The notes beneath the pieces are model-generated. The model worked only from the letters and a program-made list of their open reading frames with translations. It was not told where the DNA came from and made no database searches. From Eremomyces bilateralis CBS 781.70 (Eukaryota), in the NCBI GenBank assembly GCA_010015585.1, contig ML975163.1: a stretch of DNA of 64,000 bases; one strand, 5' to 3'. Made by a program: the position numbers and the translations under genes. Below, piece after piece: positions 48,352 to 62,013 of the stretch (positions within the stretch are counted from its first letter, which is position 1; every line of letters starts with the position of its first letter).

Positions 48352-50062
48352 TCACCTCCTTGCGCTGAAGCCCCTAGGTAATGGTTTCTGTAGCTTAAGC
48401 ACGAACCCGCCGCGCTCAATGGTATTCACGAAGATATATCCCGACTTGAAATACGCATATGATCCCCCTAGGCACTGTCAGCGATAGCACAACACAAGCA
48501 AGGGTGAGACAGGGACTGACAAGTTCCAACGAAGTCAATAACACCACCACCGGGTGTAGAATCATCTTCAGGATAGATATCGAAGAATGCGACTTCTTCC
48601 ACGCCCCCTCCAGTCGGGTCATCAGGGATAGATCGGAGGTCGAGGACCCGGAAACCGGAGCCGTAGTTCGATTGAAAAGCGAAGCCATCGATGACATACT
48701 GGTTGTGGTCGACACTGTGGGCGTTGGTGTTCTTGAAGTAGCCAGTGTTCTTTGGCTTGTCGAGGTTGCTGACATCCCAGATGTACGTCACCGGATGGCC
48801 ATCGGCGGCTGGTTCAATCTTTTCGTACTCGTCGTACTCATCGTCAAGGACAAGATATTTCTGCCATTTCTGGTCGAGCAGCCAACCTTGGTGGGTATAG
48901 TTCGCACCCTCATATGAAGTACGAGAGATGATAGTTGACTTCGACTTGTCCGTAACATCATATCTGCAATATATTAGCACCCCACGATTAGGATTGAGCC
49001 GGGAAAACGTGCATGGTGAGAGTGTCCTCATTATAACCATAGCTGCGAATGTATTAGTGACACGGCTCAGTGAAATACGGGGTACAACCTACCAGATTTC
49101 GCGTCCCCAATACTTGAAATCAGGTCCCCTATTCGGAGGTAAGCTAGATGACGATTGAGCATGGAAGTATTACCAACCTATAGATCACGCATTGCGCATC
49201 GTGCACATAACCATCGTCGGCATTGCACCCCGGCGAAGTCGGGTTAGAAGGATCCTTCAGATCGATGAAGATCAACCCTGCCTTGCAGGTTGAATTTCGG
49301 GGGGCGGCTCCGACAGAGTAGGCCCAGCCAGCCTCTTCATTGGTGACCACGTTATGTGTTCGGCCAATCGGCAAGTCAGTGAAATGGCCGGTAACGTCTG
49401 TCAAATTCGAGAAGACTGTAGGAGAAGCAGGGTCGACGTTGAGAAGCTTGGTCATGTCGAATAATTGGATGTTGTGGCCCACAGCTTCAGAACCAATGAC
49501 CATATAATTCCTGTAGCCGCGAATCTCTCGCCAGATAGCAGGAACCGAATTCGTAGGGAGACGTCCAAGATAGACCATCTTTCCTTGCTTGTTGATTTCG
49601 AGGAACGCAGTCCCATCGGCTTGTCCTAGGGCAATGAATTCTCGACCCCCAGGAGAGGTCCAGCCCCACGTAGATGAGCCTTCGCCAGTTGCGCTTCCAA
49701 GTTCCGCGTGGCTGAGAAAATGGATAAGATCAATCTACAAGGCACGTTTGTTAACATCAGATACTTCCCTTTTTCATATGATGACATACACCCTTGCATC
49801 TGAATGTATTCAATTGCCCGCCAGGCGGCACAACGGCAGTGCCGTCGACACATCGGACTTTAGAAGCTATCTCAGGATACCGGTTAGATTGCATCACACC
49901 CGCGGCGCGCTGCCGATCCCACGTAGCATGTTTCTTTGCCATGATAGTCTCGTGAATATATCCCGTGTCGTATAGCCTGGCGCCCACTTCCTCATTCTTA
50001 GGAAGCTCCCCCCCAATGGCGCCAGCCACCAGTGCGAAACACAGTGACACAAATGACAACAT
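48352..50062 (-). CDS. Secreted choice-of-anchor-B-like beta-propeller protein (multi-exon, one GC-AG intron 49012-48964)
   Basis: Signal peptide; GSSTWGWTSPGGREF, LGRLPT...WREIR, THNVV, GYVHDAQC, REICYGYNEDTLTIYDVTDK, YTHQGWL, LVLDDEYDE, SVDHNQYV, QSNYGSGFRVLD, FFDIYPEDD, WGSYAYFKSG...NTIERG. Confidence 0.82.
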
Positions 50063-52546
50063 ATTGACAAGCGTCTGTGAAAATTTTAGATTGAAAAAGA
50101 CAAAGTGGTTGAGTTAATCTGAGAATGTCTGGGTATTTCAAGCCATTTGAAGTACTGGCAACCTGCAGATCAACCGGGAGAGGATCTGATAGCTGACCAG
50201 AATAGATCGACAGTGTGTGGGAATCCGCACGTCTGGCAACCCCAGAACCATGACATGATTAATATTTGATCTCCTGCTGGAATCGTGAAGGACTTGGACG
50301 AGAACTGATAAGGTTAGATTCTGCTGCGCGGTTGCCAAGAAATATATACGAATTGATCAACTCTAAAGAGGGATTTTTTGAGAGCTTTAGGAAGGACAAA
50401 CTGCGATGCAACATGGACATTGTTGATAGGGTTCGGATCCATTTGTCCATACATTCCATACAATCGCCCGGCGTCTTGGCCTTGAAGCTTGTCTAATCGG
50501 TTTCCCCAGGTCCTCGGGACGAGTATAATCCTTGATTGACTGGTTAAATTACATATTGGATTCCGAAAGCCTGCCCAAAGCTCACGATATCGATATGTTG
50601 TGGCACGGGTGGCGTTCGAATTTCGGCGCAAGGCATGAAGCTAAACTCGCGGACACATAGTGCGATCGGGAAGGGAAAGGAAAGGAAACATAGCACGTAG
50701 AGAACGACATTTCGAAGCCGAGAACAGAAACAATGCGACACAAATCACGCCATAGGAATCAATTGGTTGACCGTTAGACTGCAGTTAATTTGAGCCTGGG
50801 AACAAAGAGAGATAGCTTGCCTTGGCTGCCGCGTAGTGTATGTTGTTCCCAAGGGCTATCATCGTGTCAGGGATGAGGGATTTTATGAAAAGGAGAAATT
50901 GGAACGACCCAACTTGCCGCCTTGGCTCTTGCCGCCTTCCGTCCACGAAGCGGAGTTTCTCCGCTCCGTTCTCCGCCCCCACGCCAAGTCGTTGCGTACT
51001 CGGAAACACCGCGATATTCCACAATGCTTCGTCCTAACTCCCGACATTGTTCAACTTAGATTCGAGAGTCGAGAGGGCAAACGCGATTAGCAAATCGCTA
51101 CTAATAAGCATCCGTGCAACAATATATCCGACGGTCCGTTCGCTGTTCAACCTCAGAGATCCATTATTACCTCAACTCATCCCGAGACCACGCGGTCCTT
51201 GTCCACGAGCACCTCGTCAGAGCACCAGCCAAGGCACTTGCTAGAAAACAGGCCCTTCTATCCGTGTCAAGTCGAAATAAAGTTCCAGGGTATCCTTAAA
51301 CTTGCCGCTAGCAGCTGATCAATTACTTCCTTTCTGGAAGGTAGTATATGAATGATCGGCGCATGACAACGGTGAACGGTTAGGACCGAAGCCAGCCTTG
51401 TTCGGTAGGTGTTCAAGTCCTCCGTGTCCCAAGGCCATGCTTCCTTATCTGTCGTCTTTGTGAACTGCTAGTTATTGGTTCTGTGTGTTCTAATTAGCAT
51501 ATCCCAGTCATATTCCTAGTTCAAAATTCTCCGAAGACTCCGAAATTGCTGCGTTGTTTTATTCACCTGCTGCCTTCGTCAATCGCCAACAAGGGGAAGT
51601 CACAATATGCCTGCTCTTCCTTGTAATCAGTTTCCCCAACAATAGAAACGCTGTTCGTTCAAAGAATCGCGTGCGATGGCCACGATATTAATTGGGAGTG
51701 ACCTTGTTGGTGGTATTTTGACTTTGTTTCCAACTGCCCCTTTAGTATCGAAGTCAGATGTGTATCCGACGCTTCTTCGAATGTGGTATCCCAATTGTCG
51801 ATCCGGATCAATTGCGTGCTTGTGATTGTCGATCACGTCTAGATCCCAATCGCAATAGATCCCAATCTCAAGATAGCTCAAGGTTCTTAATACTACGCTC
51901 TCCCAATAGCGATACGTACGATGGTCTTCAAGTTGCCGAAAAGGAGAGGGAGGACGTCCGTTACGGCTTCTGATCGCGTCATGAATCCCTTCTATCACAT
52001 CTGCGACAGCTCGGAAGATCTAGTAGTGACGAAGATTTGGGGCTGCCTAACCCAGGTTGATCAAGGTTTGATGGATTTATCTCCCAATTGTTGGTCGAAA
52101 TTTCCAGTTAAGGTTGTTGCCGTTTTCTAACCTCCTCGAAACGCTGATATAGCCAGCCCATAGTAGCTGCCGGTTCCAATGATGCTACACAACCGTTCTA
52201 GTACTTGGTGCTTCCCCTACATATGCTGGACGGGAGGGACTCTGCGCCAGTTTTCCCGATATTCCCTTCAGTGCTCTTATTTTGCACCTCTATGTTCAAA
52301 TACAGCCAAAACGCTGGAGCATTTCTACTACCACTCTCCGTTTACATCATTTTAATCGCACAATTCTCCTCAAATCGATTCCAACGACCAGTTCTGGACG
52401 CGTTAAGCTCTCATTGGTCTATCCTTCTACATTTTAATTAGTCAATATCGTACTAGTCTATACGCGCATCCTCACTTTTACTGACGAGTCGAAATTGCAG
52501 ATCGAGGATTCCACGTAAGCTGTGCTGTTTTGAATCCTTCCGCTTC

Positions 52547-53833
52547 TCATTGTAGAGGGACTCCGTTGAAAGCGATGAGGTTTGGGGACCCACCCAAATC
52601 ACCAATGATCTGGTCCTTTGTCGCTGTTTCTTCCAGCCATTTCTTCATGTCTGCCGGTGTCTGAGGTCCGAGTGCGCTGAGCCGGTTTGCGATCAGGGCA
52701 GCGACTTGCGGTGCCGCAACGCTGGTGCCCCATGAATAATATTGATATCGAGAGTTAATGTTGTGGGTGCTCAGCGAAGGCACTCGGCTTCCCGGGGCAA
52801 AGATCGTGACGCATTTTCCGATATTGGTTCCCTGCGCCTCGTCTGGTTTCTTTGGAAGTGCGTTATATCCGTTAACGGACCCGACTGAAATGACTCCTAC
52901 AGCGTTTGCTGGCTGGACCTGGCAACTGTCGCGTTGGTCGTTCCCAGCACAGACGACAAAATGGACTCCTGCCCGGATTGCAGCGGCAACTGCAGTGGAC
53001 ACGTCTGGGACGCCACTGAAACCGTAATGGGACATGGAGATGACTTTCATGTTATTGTCTCCCGGTTGGCGCAGCACCCATTCAATCCCCGCGACTACGT
53101 CGTCAGTTTGCGACACATTCTGGTCCGAGGCAATCTTCACGGCAATGGTCGTTGCTCGTGGTGACAGTCCGTTGGCTTTTCCTGCAATTACTCCCGCGCA
53201 CATCGTTCCGTGGCCGTGGTTGTCATTGTTGTTCGAGCGGCTGACCATGTTGGCTCCAAACCGGACCTCTGACCCTTGAAAACCCGGATGTTGGATATTG
53301 ATCCCGGTATCAAGCACGTATATCGTGACACTCTGCCCAAGGTAATCATCGTGCGTCCAAGGACCGGAGTTGTATGCTCCATTGTAAGTGCGTAGCGAGA
53401 GTCTGACGGCATTCCATCCTCTTCCTCCTTCAACGGTTATGTCACGACGCTGTACAGAGTTGGACTCAAAGTCCTCTTCACCACCCGTCCTGTTCGATTG
53501 AGATTGTCCCACGTCCGGCCCTCGTTTTGAGACACTGACACGACCTATACTGGCAATTTCATCCTGTCGCCTGACTAGCTCCACAGTCTGATCATCCAAC
53601 TTTGCCGAGTATCCCTGGAACACGTCGAAATACTCATGGCGAACTTCGATTGTCCCTTTGCTTTTCGACTCCTGATCCCGCAACCAGTTAATGTGGAGGG
53701 TCCTGGCTTCACTTGATATGTCCTTGAATTTGACCAGGTACAATCCCGCGATTTCCTGCGCTCCACGCGGGGGAATGGAAGCGACAGATGCGATAACTGC
53801 GGAAAAGACTGACAAAAATACAAACAAGAGCAT
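52547..53833 (-). CDS. Secreted subtilisin-like serine protease (S8A, proteinase K-type) with I9 propeptide; intronless
   Basis: Signal peptide, YLVKFK...FQGYSAKL propeptide; triad motifs YVLDTGI, HGHGTMCAG, GTSVAAP; oxyanion AGN. Confidence 0.95.
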   Translation of the reverse strand: MLLFVFLSVFSAVIASVASIPPRGAQEIAGLYLVKFKDISSEARTLHINWLRDQESKSKGTIEVRHEYFDVFQGYSAKLDDQTVELVRRQDEIASIGRVSVSKRGPDVGQSQSNRTGGEEDFESNSVQRRDITVEGGRGWNAVRLSLRTYNGAYNSGPWTHDDYLGQSVTIYVLDTGINIQHPGFQGSEVRFGANMVSRSNNNDNHGHGTMCAGVIAGKANGLSPRATTIAVKIASDQNVSQTDDVVAGIEWVLRQPGDNNMKVISMSHYGFSGVPDVSTAVAAAIRAGVHFVVCAGNDQRDSCQVQPANAVGVISVGSVNGYNALPKKPDEAQGTNIGKCVTIFAPGSRVPSLSTHNINSRYQYYSWGTSVAAPQVAALIANRLSALGPQTPADMKKWLEETATKDQIIGDLGGSPNLIAFNGVPLQ

Positions 53834-55599
53834 GGTTCCAAAGCAAGAGAGTGAGGGAAAAGTTTTGGTAGAGAGAAGGGGCCGGCCGTTCGCTGGCGTG
53901 ACTGATTCGAACAGGTGCCAACTTCATGATACATAAGCCAGGACAGTCAAGACATCTTATGGCATGGGTCCATGTATGCGATTTCCCAAGTGGATCTCAT
54001 ACCCATTCCATTATGAGATTCATGGTCATGCCACCATGTACGCCCCGTTGAAGGGAGTCCTTGCGCACATCGTAACCAATCTATCTGATACAGATTGGGT
54101 CATTACTGGCATCATCAGGCCAAAGCCGCTCCCCGTCAGAGCCTCGGACTCAAAATTACCGAGACATCTGTGATGCAGACAAACCTAGAAAGCTTGTCTT
54201 TACCCGTTCCCATATCCAGAGGGGATTTTGAAACCATGCCGGGTCGATATTTTGTAACGACGAATGTTTGTTCTGTATTTGTGCTGAATATCCCGAGTAT
54301 TGTAACAACTGGCAGTAGAAGGTTGAGGCAAACTTTAACATCTCTTCTTCACGATACAAACTGTACAATTCGTTGAATGTACTTGCGCGACAGTTTGCGG
54401 TATCACAACCCCGATCCTCCCATCTTTCTCGGCGATGCTTAATTTTTTATCTGCACAAATCCGATTGGCTGCTAATTTGAGAATACGTATATAATCACTT
54501 ATATTTCAGGGCTATGGTTTGAACGTCTTCAACTTGCGTTAGGTGGTGCTGTGGCTCTAATATCGGTATATTGATCGTTACAACTACCTTGCTAGGTTCG
54601 GCAGATCGCCCGGAAGGGGAACGGGATGGTGCTTAAAACCCACACGTCTTTCTTCAGAATTGACAAATTCTATTTGTTGCAAGTTTCACTTGACTACAAG
54701 ATGTGACATCTAGCGTCTTGTTCTCCATTGCAGTTTGTATCATGCTCCGGTAGCACCGTTAGTCAATTTTGTGGACATGAATTTCCGGTGCTTCTTAGTA
54801 GTATCAGATGAAATCAGTGACCCGTATTGCTTAGAGCCTTAAACCCCTGCTCTTTAGAAATTATATGCGATTATAACTAATTTAGAGCACCGGGGTCTAG
54901 GCCCTCCGGTATCAGAGGTAATCAAAGGAGCACTATATAGTGAAGGAATCGTCCTCCTTTACTATTGGGTGGAAGCGACTGGCATGATGATAGAGTGAGA
55001 TACCTTAACAAAAAAATTTACTTACTCTTCTGTCCTCTTTCTTCCTCTTTTAAGTCTCCTCAGTCATGGACCATATCCTCGACCCTGGAGCGACACCCGT
55101 TCAGTCATTGACAGCCTTAAAGGTAGCAAGTTCGAATAGTCTCCATTATGGAGTAAGGCTCGACCTCGTCCGACTTTCCCGCAGGAACCAGAATCTCCTC
55201 CCACAACACCGTGCTTACAATAGGTCCCAAAATTGGGCACGCTGACCCCAGTAGGGGTGATATGATGAGGCATCATGATCTTGGACAGTCTGGCTCTCCG
55301 GCATCTAGAGAAGACTGGGCAATAGGTTAGCATGATGTTGTAAAACCTCTCGTTAACTTTTAAGAGCCAACGAAGCACATCCGACGGATAGATAGCTCTC
55401 GATCACGTCTACATTTAACAACAGATGGCATCGATGCAGAAAGCAAGCACTATTCATTCAAATGCTGTCTATGTACCACTGATAGAGTAAACTTTTGCAG
55501 CCGGACAATCCATTCCGACCTGGTAATATGAGAGATGGTCCAATGAAGCGCTAATATTCATGTGCAAGCCCTAGATTGGCCAGTACCCGCGGCTTTGGT

Positions 55600-57123
55600 T
55601 TAATAGGTGCCTGCCGCAAAGGTCGAGTTTATTGCCCCAAATTTGATGTTCGAGAAGGTGACTTGCGCATTCGCGGCGCTCGTCTCGAGCTCGTCCGGCT
55701 TGCCCGAGCTGGTGGGGCACTCGCCTCTAGCAATGCCCGGTTGACTGGAGTCCTTTTCAGTCGGGAAGTTGGAGTCGAGCCACAGCATGTTCGCGTAATG
55801 GTCACCCCATAAGGACATGACGAGAACCATCCCTTTCTCCATGGCCCGTGACATGGATGCCCACCCACCCCTCTCCTTCCAGATGTCTTGATCTCCAAAG
55901 ACGGATTTTTGTGCGGTGCAGAACTGTTCATTGAGCGAGTTTCCAGTGACTCCCAGGATCTTCGATTCGGAATTCGGGATGACTTTGCCGTTGATGACGT
56001 AAAATCGCTTGATTTCGCTGAGCGTCCCGCTCCCCCCGGTGAGGAACTGGGTAACCACGGTGATCTTGCCGCTGGTATCGACGGTCTTTCCTTTTCCATA
56101 GAAACTCTTGTCACCCATCCGGAAGGAGTTGAAGTCGCAGCCATCTGGATCGCATATTCCGGCGTATCGTGTGGAGGAGTATGTCCCACCGCAATCGTCG
56201 CCCTCGCATATACTGTAGGCTTCCGTTTGGCAGGAATGAGGCGTGACGGCAGTGGAGACGCTGTTGGCCTCCCATACATCCATTTCCGCGCAGCAGGCTC
56301 CCTTGCCGCCGGCGCCGGCATTCTTGTCGGTGTCGGACGGTGTCCAGCCCTCCGCATTGGCCTGAGATTGGTTAGAGAGCCCATTTTCGCACGATGGAAC
56401 GGCTTTGAACATACTTCGCCTCCAATAAACTTCAGGTCCCGTGGGCATTGCGCATCGCAATATCCGGTTCCATACCTACGCGAGAGTCAGATAATCTCGC
56501 TCAGCCATCAAGACAGCAGCCTGGACTGACTTTGGACCCGCGGTATTGCCCTTATATTGCGACACGCCTCCATCAGCATCCATAGACACAAAGTATAGAG
56601 CAGAATTAAGCCCGCATGGAATTTGCGAAAGATCCACATCGAACGTGAATTCCTTGTCAAGAAGCTTGTATATCTGATATTTGTTGTCGTCTTCCATCAT
56701 GTACATCCGCGATCCGATATTGGTCGAGTACTGTCCCTTCGTGACGTATTTTAGGGTCAGGGAGTTTCCTCCGGCGGTGACGCCATATGCTATCAGATGG
56801 TTCAGTCACATTATCCAATGTTCAGGTTGAGAAGACGCACTTCCGGAATAGTCCGCTCCTTCTATTTCACAGTCGGAGGTACAGGCTGAATTGCTCGCGC
56901 AAGACCACGTATTGCCATCATAACAATTCGTAGTGCCCCCTTTCTGATGCAGCCAACGCCAGTTGGAGTCGAGAACGACCTTTCCAGCCTTGGCAGAACA
57001 TGAGCCTGGAGCCGTGCATTCTTGCCAGTTCATAGACGGATGAGTCTCAGGCGTTTGTGTCCCCGCAATTTGAGCGGTGACCGAAGTAGTGAGTGCTAAG
57101 AGAAGAACCGAAAGAGCAGCCAT
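55600..57123 (-). CDS. Glycoside hydrolase family 7 cellobiohydrolase I without CBM1; three introns
   Basis: Signal peptide, [60 protein letters not shown], catalytic [28 protein letters not shown]. Ends without linker or CBM. Confidence 0.95.
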
Positions 57124-58663
57124 GACGATAACAAGACAGATGGCGAGTTCACCAGCAATGACCACGTATTCTACGACGCATGGAGCGACTGATCTTTATA
57201 TCATGAAAGGCTAAAAGGAAATTGCAATGAAAGACAAGGACTTGCCTCTGTCGCTCCTGGGAGATGGAAACTGTACGATAGCGGTCATCCATCATATTGT
57301 TCCATATCCGGGCATGTGAGCCAAGGTTCCGTCGAACATTACGCATTCATCCAAAGCGAATCGGAGGCAACGAATCCGGCGACCTTTCCAGCATAGCGAG
57401 TCCCGATGCGATATCAGACCTGGACGGCTGAACTCCGGAGTTCCTGTTATATTCCGCTCATTGAGACTGGATGAGCCATATACCGAAGGAGAACATACGC
57501 AGATAAATCAAAGCATCCCTGCGGTAGAAATGCCTCCAATTGGCGCATGGCTAGAAACTGGTAGGAGTAATGACGGTAATTTGAACTCGACATATGACTG
57601 GCTGGACTAGGTAGGATGTTGATGAAATCGATTTGAAAACCTGGGGGATCGCAGCGTCCGGTCTGAAATGAGAACATGCAAAGCACAAGGTCTGCACCTC
57701 CGCATGTTTCATGAACATAGAAAAACGAACATGGAAAATTGAATATCAGATCACGGTGGGCGAACAATGGCACAGAGTCTCAACTCAGCGACATTGAATG
57801 GCGTGTGACCTTGTTGGAGAGCAATTTTCCCTTCCATACAAGAAACGTAGCAAATGAGATAGGCAATATCGAGGGGAAGATCAAACCATATCCTCATGGA
57901 AATCATTAGTCCGTTAGTCGAGCTGTAGGCAAGTTTGATGCCGCTCATGTCGTTCGGTTCCATGCCATGTTGGTGAACCCTCTCAAGCATAGAACTATCG
58001 CTCAATCATGTCTGAAGGATGCTGGAGACAGTGCAAAAAAGGATAGGGAGCAGAGACGTATAACTAGTCAGAGAGAGGAGTTGAAAACGATGTGCAAGTG
58101 AGAAAGCCACTGTAGGCCATGGGCCCGCTGATGAGGTAATCACCGTGCCAGTGTTGGCTGTTGCGGTCAGGAACTCAGGATTGCTGCAGTACGCTAGCCA
58201 AATTGGGCTCCCCTTCCTATGGACCATGACCACCCCCTGTATATCATAGCCAGACTATCCGAGCTTATGGATGCTTTAATCGGAAATGATGGTGGCGGTA
58301 GATTCCTCGGGGGTCGAGGGAAGAGTTGGAGATGAGTATTATCCACGACCACACGAGAGGACCACGTCATGACCACGGATCCTGACCGAACCAGGTGGTT
58401 AGAACTTAGAAGTTCTGCCTTTGCTAGACTTCGGATTATTGATAGTCATAATAATTCCGAATAATGGACAAAACACGCAATGATGGGACGAGTATTGAAC
58501 AGTCGAATTAATTGTGACGCCTCAACCTATATGGCCCGGTGTCCCATACCATGCATACTCGGGGACGCCAAACAGCGTGGTATAAAATACAGCGAAACGA
58601 AGAAACTGGTAGTCCCGCCAGAAACGCCAATGCGCCCATAAGCATCCCCCCACCTACCGCAGC

Positions 58664-60877
58664 TCACACCTGCTCCCACCTCGTCCGTCGCCTCCGTGCC
58701 CCATCATCGCCAAACAGATCGCCCGCCTCCCGACAGTACCGCACCTCTTTCCCCCCCGACGCCGTTACTTCGCTCGCCCAGCACACGACCGCCGCGTCGA
58801 CGATGCCCCCCAGTACGCCCTCCATGGCGCCGAGCACGCCCCACGCGATGCCGCTGGCCACCAAGCCGACGACATACGCGTACAGCGACCCGCGGACGGT
58901 CTTCGCGGGGTTATATGCGGGGGCGGTGTCCAGATTGCGGGAGGTCGACACCCAGGCGGCGAAGCCCATGGCGAGGGCGGTGATGTAGCGGACGCCGTGG
59001 AGGATGAGCTTGGCGAGGTGGTAGGGGAGGAGGGGGACGGAGCCGGAGCGGTCGAAGGATGCTGGGGTGAGTGTCGTGGTGGCGCGGTGGGCGGCGCCGA
59101 AGTCGAGGGAGGTAAGGCCGCGCGCGGAGATGGAGAGAGGTTGGGAATGGATGGCGGCGTAGGTGAGGGTGAGAGGGTTGGTGAGGCTGGCGATGGTGGA
59201 GGGGACGAAGGAGTAGGCGCACATCGTGAAGATGCCGGAGAGACGACGGGGGAGGATGAGGAATGGGAGACGAACGCAGAGGGTGAGTATGGAGGCAAAA
59301 CAGATCGTGCCGAAGAGCGTATCGGCAGAATGCGTGAGAGAGGCGGTCACGACTTGGCGAGAGGTGGGAGCGGGGACGGAGTATCGGTGGAAATACCACT
59401 GGGATACAACGGCGGCAGTGGTTGCTCGCTGCATACCGGAGATGACCGACTGCGTCCACGCGAAGACGAGGACGAAGAATGCTCCGAGCCACCACGTCGT
59501 CCAGTCGATGATGAAGAAATTCTTGGCGCTCGAGAAATGCCCGCCGAGGAAGACCCGCGTAAACATGCTAACCCAAATCCACGTCCAGATCAGGAAGATG
59601 GCCAGGACACCGAAACCAATCATCATCAAACTTGAGTGCGATGCGAGGATCTTGACGGAGAATTCGAGAATGGCAGTTGCCCGATCGATGGAGTGCCTTG
59701 CTTTGATGACCGAGATACTCCAGACGATGGAGCCAATGAGGGGGATGAAGGAAAAGTAGCGCATTGCGATGTCTTGGAATTTGAGGGAAGCCCGGGGCGA
59801 GTGGAAGCTTGTTACGAAGGGGTATAGCCAAAATGAGAATAGAACGATCGGGACCCCTCCGACAATGAGGTAGACCAAGGGCCTAGAATATGACCGTAAG
59901 AGGCTCAACCACAGGACACCGATCACAGTCGCCACGAAGGTATCTACTATGAGAATATGATAGGACTTGTACAGGGTCGAGTATATCGTGTCGCCGATCG
60001 GATGTTTGGCGTCGGGTTTATCCGTACTCATATAAACCAAGAAGAAGCTAGCAAAAAGAGATGCGAAGCACACCCCGAAGAGCGTCGACCAAAAGAGGTC
60101 GTATCGAGGAGTCTCGGCCGGTTCGATACCGACGCCTGGTGGTACGCTTTCTCTGTCCGGACTCCGGGGCCGCGGGTTTACTCTTGCGGCATCATCGTCT
60201 GTCTCCTGTGGTAGGAATGACTGCAGCAATGGCCTCCTCTGACCTGGAGGTGTGCGGAAGTTCTGAAAAGGGGGGTCGTCATCAGGGTCATATTCCGAAG
60301 CATCTGCCGCGGGGAGTTGTTCCATGCTTTCTCGTATCGTGGAGGCCAGATCGACATCCATCAGCCTTCCTTTTCCTTTGTCCGATATTGAACCGTGGTC
60401 TGGTCGTATTCCGTCCTCCGCAACCTCCTCGACAGGGTCTATACCCGGAATTTTGGGTCTGATTCCCGGTCGTGTTGATCTCCATGAGCTTTTCCCATTC
60501 CTGGCAGTCGAATGTGGTCGTAGATGGTTCGTCTTAGCGGCTTCTCCGCTCTCTTCTAGATTCGGCGAGTGGCCGACATCATCCTCACCCTCCGACGACC
60601 CAGATAGATTCCCAAACTGTCTTCTTGACCTTTGCAGGGCGTAGAAGTCGGCAACTTCTCTTTCCCGCTCCTCCCCATCGTCCTCTTCTCCAATATCGTC
60701 GGTCACGCTGTAAAACAGCGGAGCTGGCGCCTGGGCTCGTGATCCGAACGGGAACCGCGCGAACTGCGAGCCGCCGTTTTGATACGGGTTGCCTAAGGCC
60801 GACCTCTGCTGCTGATGCCTGGACGACGAGAACCTCGACGGGCCGAGAGCGTGCTGGCCGCGTTGTTTATCGTGCAT
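58664..60877 (-). CDS. Choline transporter-like (CTL/SLC44, PNS1-related) membrane protein with long disordered N-terminus
   Basis: 737-aa ORF; polar N-terminal third then many TM segments; WTQSVISGMQRATTAAVVSQWYF, FGTICFASIL, LTYAAIH motifs. Confidence 0.8.
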   Translation of the reverse strand: MHDKQRGQHALGPSRFSSSRHQQQRSALGNPYQNGGSQFARFPFGSRAQAPAPLFYSVTDDIGEEDDGEEREREVADFYALQRSRRQFGNLSGSSEGEDDVGHSPNLEESGEAAKTNHLRPHSTARNGKSSWRSTRPGIRPKIPGIDPVEEVAEDGIRPDHGSISDKGKGRLMDVDLASTIRESMEQLPAADASEYDPDDDPPFQNFRTPPGQRRPLLQSFLPQETDDDAARVNPRPRSPDRESVPPGVGIEPAETPRYDLFWSTLFGVCFASLFASFFLVYMSTDKPDAKHPIGDTIYSTLYKSYHILIVDTFVATVIGVLWLSLLRSYSRPLVYLIVGGVPIVLFSFWLYPFVTSFHSPRASLKFQDIAMRYFSFIPLIGSIVWSISVIKARHSIDRATAILEFSVKILASHSSLMMIGFGVLAIFLIWTWIWVSMFTRVFLGGHFSSAKNFFIIDWTTWWLGAFFVLVFAWTQSVISGMQRATTAAVVSQWYFHRYSVPAPTSRQVVTASLTHSADTLFGTICFASILTLCVRLPFLILPRRLSGIFTMCAYSFVPSTIASLTNPLTLTYAAIHSQPLSISARGLTSLDFGAAHRATTTLTPASFDRSGSVPLLPYHLAKLILHGVRYITALAMGFAAWVSTSRNLDTAPAYNPAKTVRGSLYAYVVGLVASGIAWGVLGAMEGVLGGIVDAAVVCWASEVTASGGKEVRYCREAGDLFGDDGARRRRTRWEQV

Positions 60878-62013
60878 ATTGCGGGTTGTGGAGTTTGCGG
60901 GATCTCCGCCGAGGGACAGTCGCGACTGCGACTGGGCTAGGAAGCGGGAGGCATCTGTATATCAAGCAGGCGGCTGTTAGACGTCACGCGTATTCCTTCA
61001 TGGGGCGCCTTTGAGACAAACACTCGATCATGTGCAGCTCTCAGGTTCCCGGTGCTGATAAGACAACGTACATTCGGAAAACATCCTGCCCTCCCCTTGA
61101 GCGCCCCGGCGCTCCTTTTCCTTTCTCTACACTGTGATAATTCCGAATCCTCCTCTTTCTAGTATTTGGCCGTCTGCGAGGATGACTCCTCTCTATTACC
61201 GGTAGGCTGAAGCTCACGAGCTCACGTGATGGGGGAAGTGGGAGTGTTCCTTCGAAGGAGCCAATCGAACTCGTGTGTCTAGTCCAAGTATATCGGGGGG
61301 GTTGATAGTAGTAAATAGGATATCAGTTACAGTAAGCCAAAGAAGGAGATATCGCAGTTGCTCTAGGTAGCCGTCTGAAGCTCCAGATCGGCAAGCTGGT
61401 GGCGTAGTTGAGTGGAAGTGCAGTCATAGGGTGAGGATATCATAGGGCATACCTACTGCAGGCTGCTATCAAGCTGAATGACCGCAGCCTGTTCCGACCG
61501 AGTGACAGACAGTTCCGTACTCCCCTAGTCCCCTGTCCCAGCCTGTCCCAGCCTGTGAGTGGGTCAGTGGGGTGTGACCTAATTACTCCATACCATGAAC
61601 CAGACCATGAGCGGTCGTACGAGCCTGAGGTTGCAAGGCAGCCAATTACTCAGCTGCACAGGACAACAAGTATGACGCCGATCCTCCGACCGTGTGAACC
61701 AGAAACTAGAGGAAGCTCATCAATCGTCCCAAATCTCCTTCAAGAGAGATAGATATAATTCCAATATTAAGGTAGCCAACTTTTTTGGGATATACACAGA
61801 ATCCCATTTCCTTGAATCTCACTCATACTTCTTTCCATTCTTCTTCTTTGTCTGTCATTGCCCTGCCGTTGCTTTGAGCCTGCATGCTCTCCTGCGCCGC
61901 ACCAGACCAAGGCATCCGTCAAAGAAATTAGCTATCTAAGATCTTTGAGCTTGCAAAGAACTTCGAATTACTTGAAGAACTAGAACCAACACAGTTGAGC
62001 GACCACCTATTCC

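Noticed and set aside
50785..52441. Scattered short ORFs, possible degenerate gene
   Set aside because: No family could be recognised in any frame I translated.
55020..55378. Possible pseudogene fragment on the minus strand
   Set aside because: Protein-like only in patches; no assignable homology.
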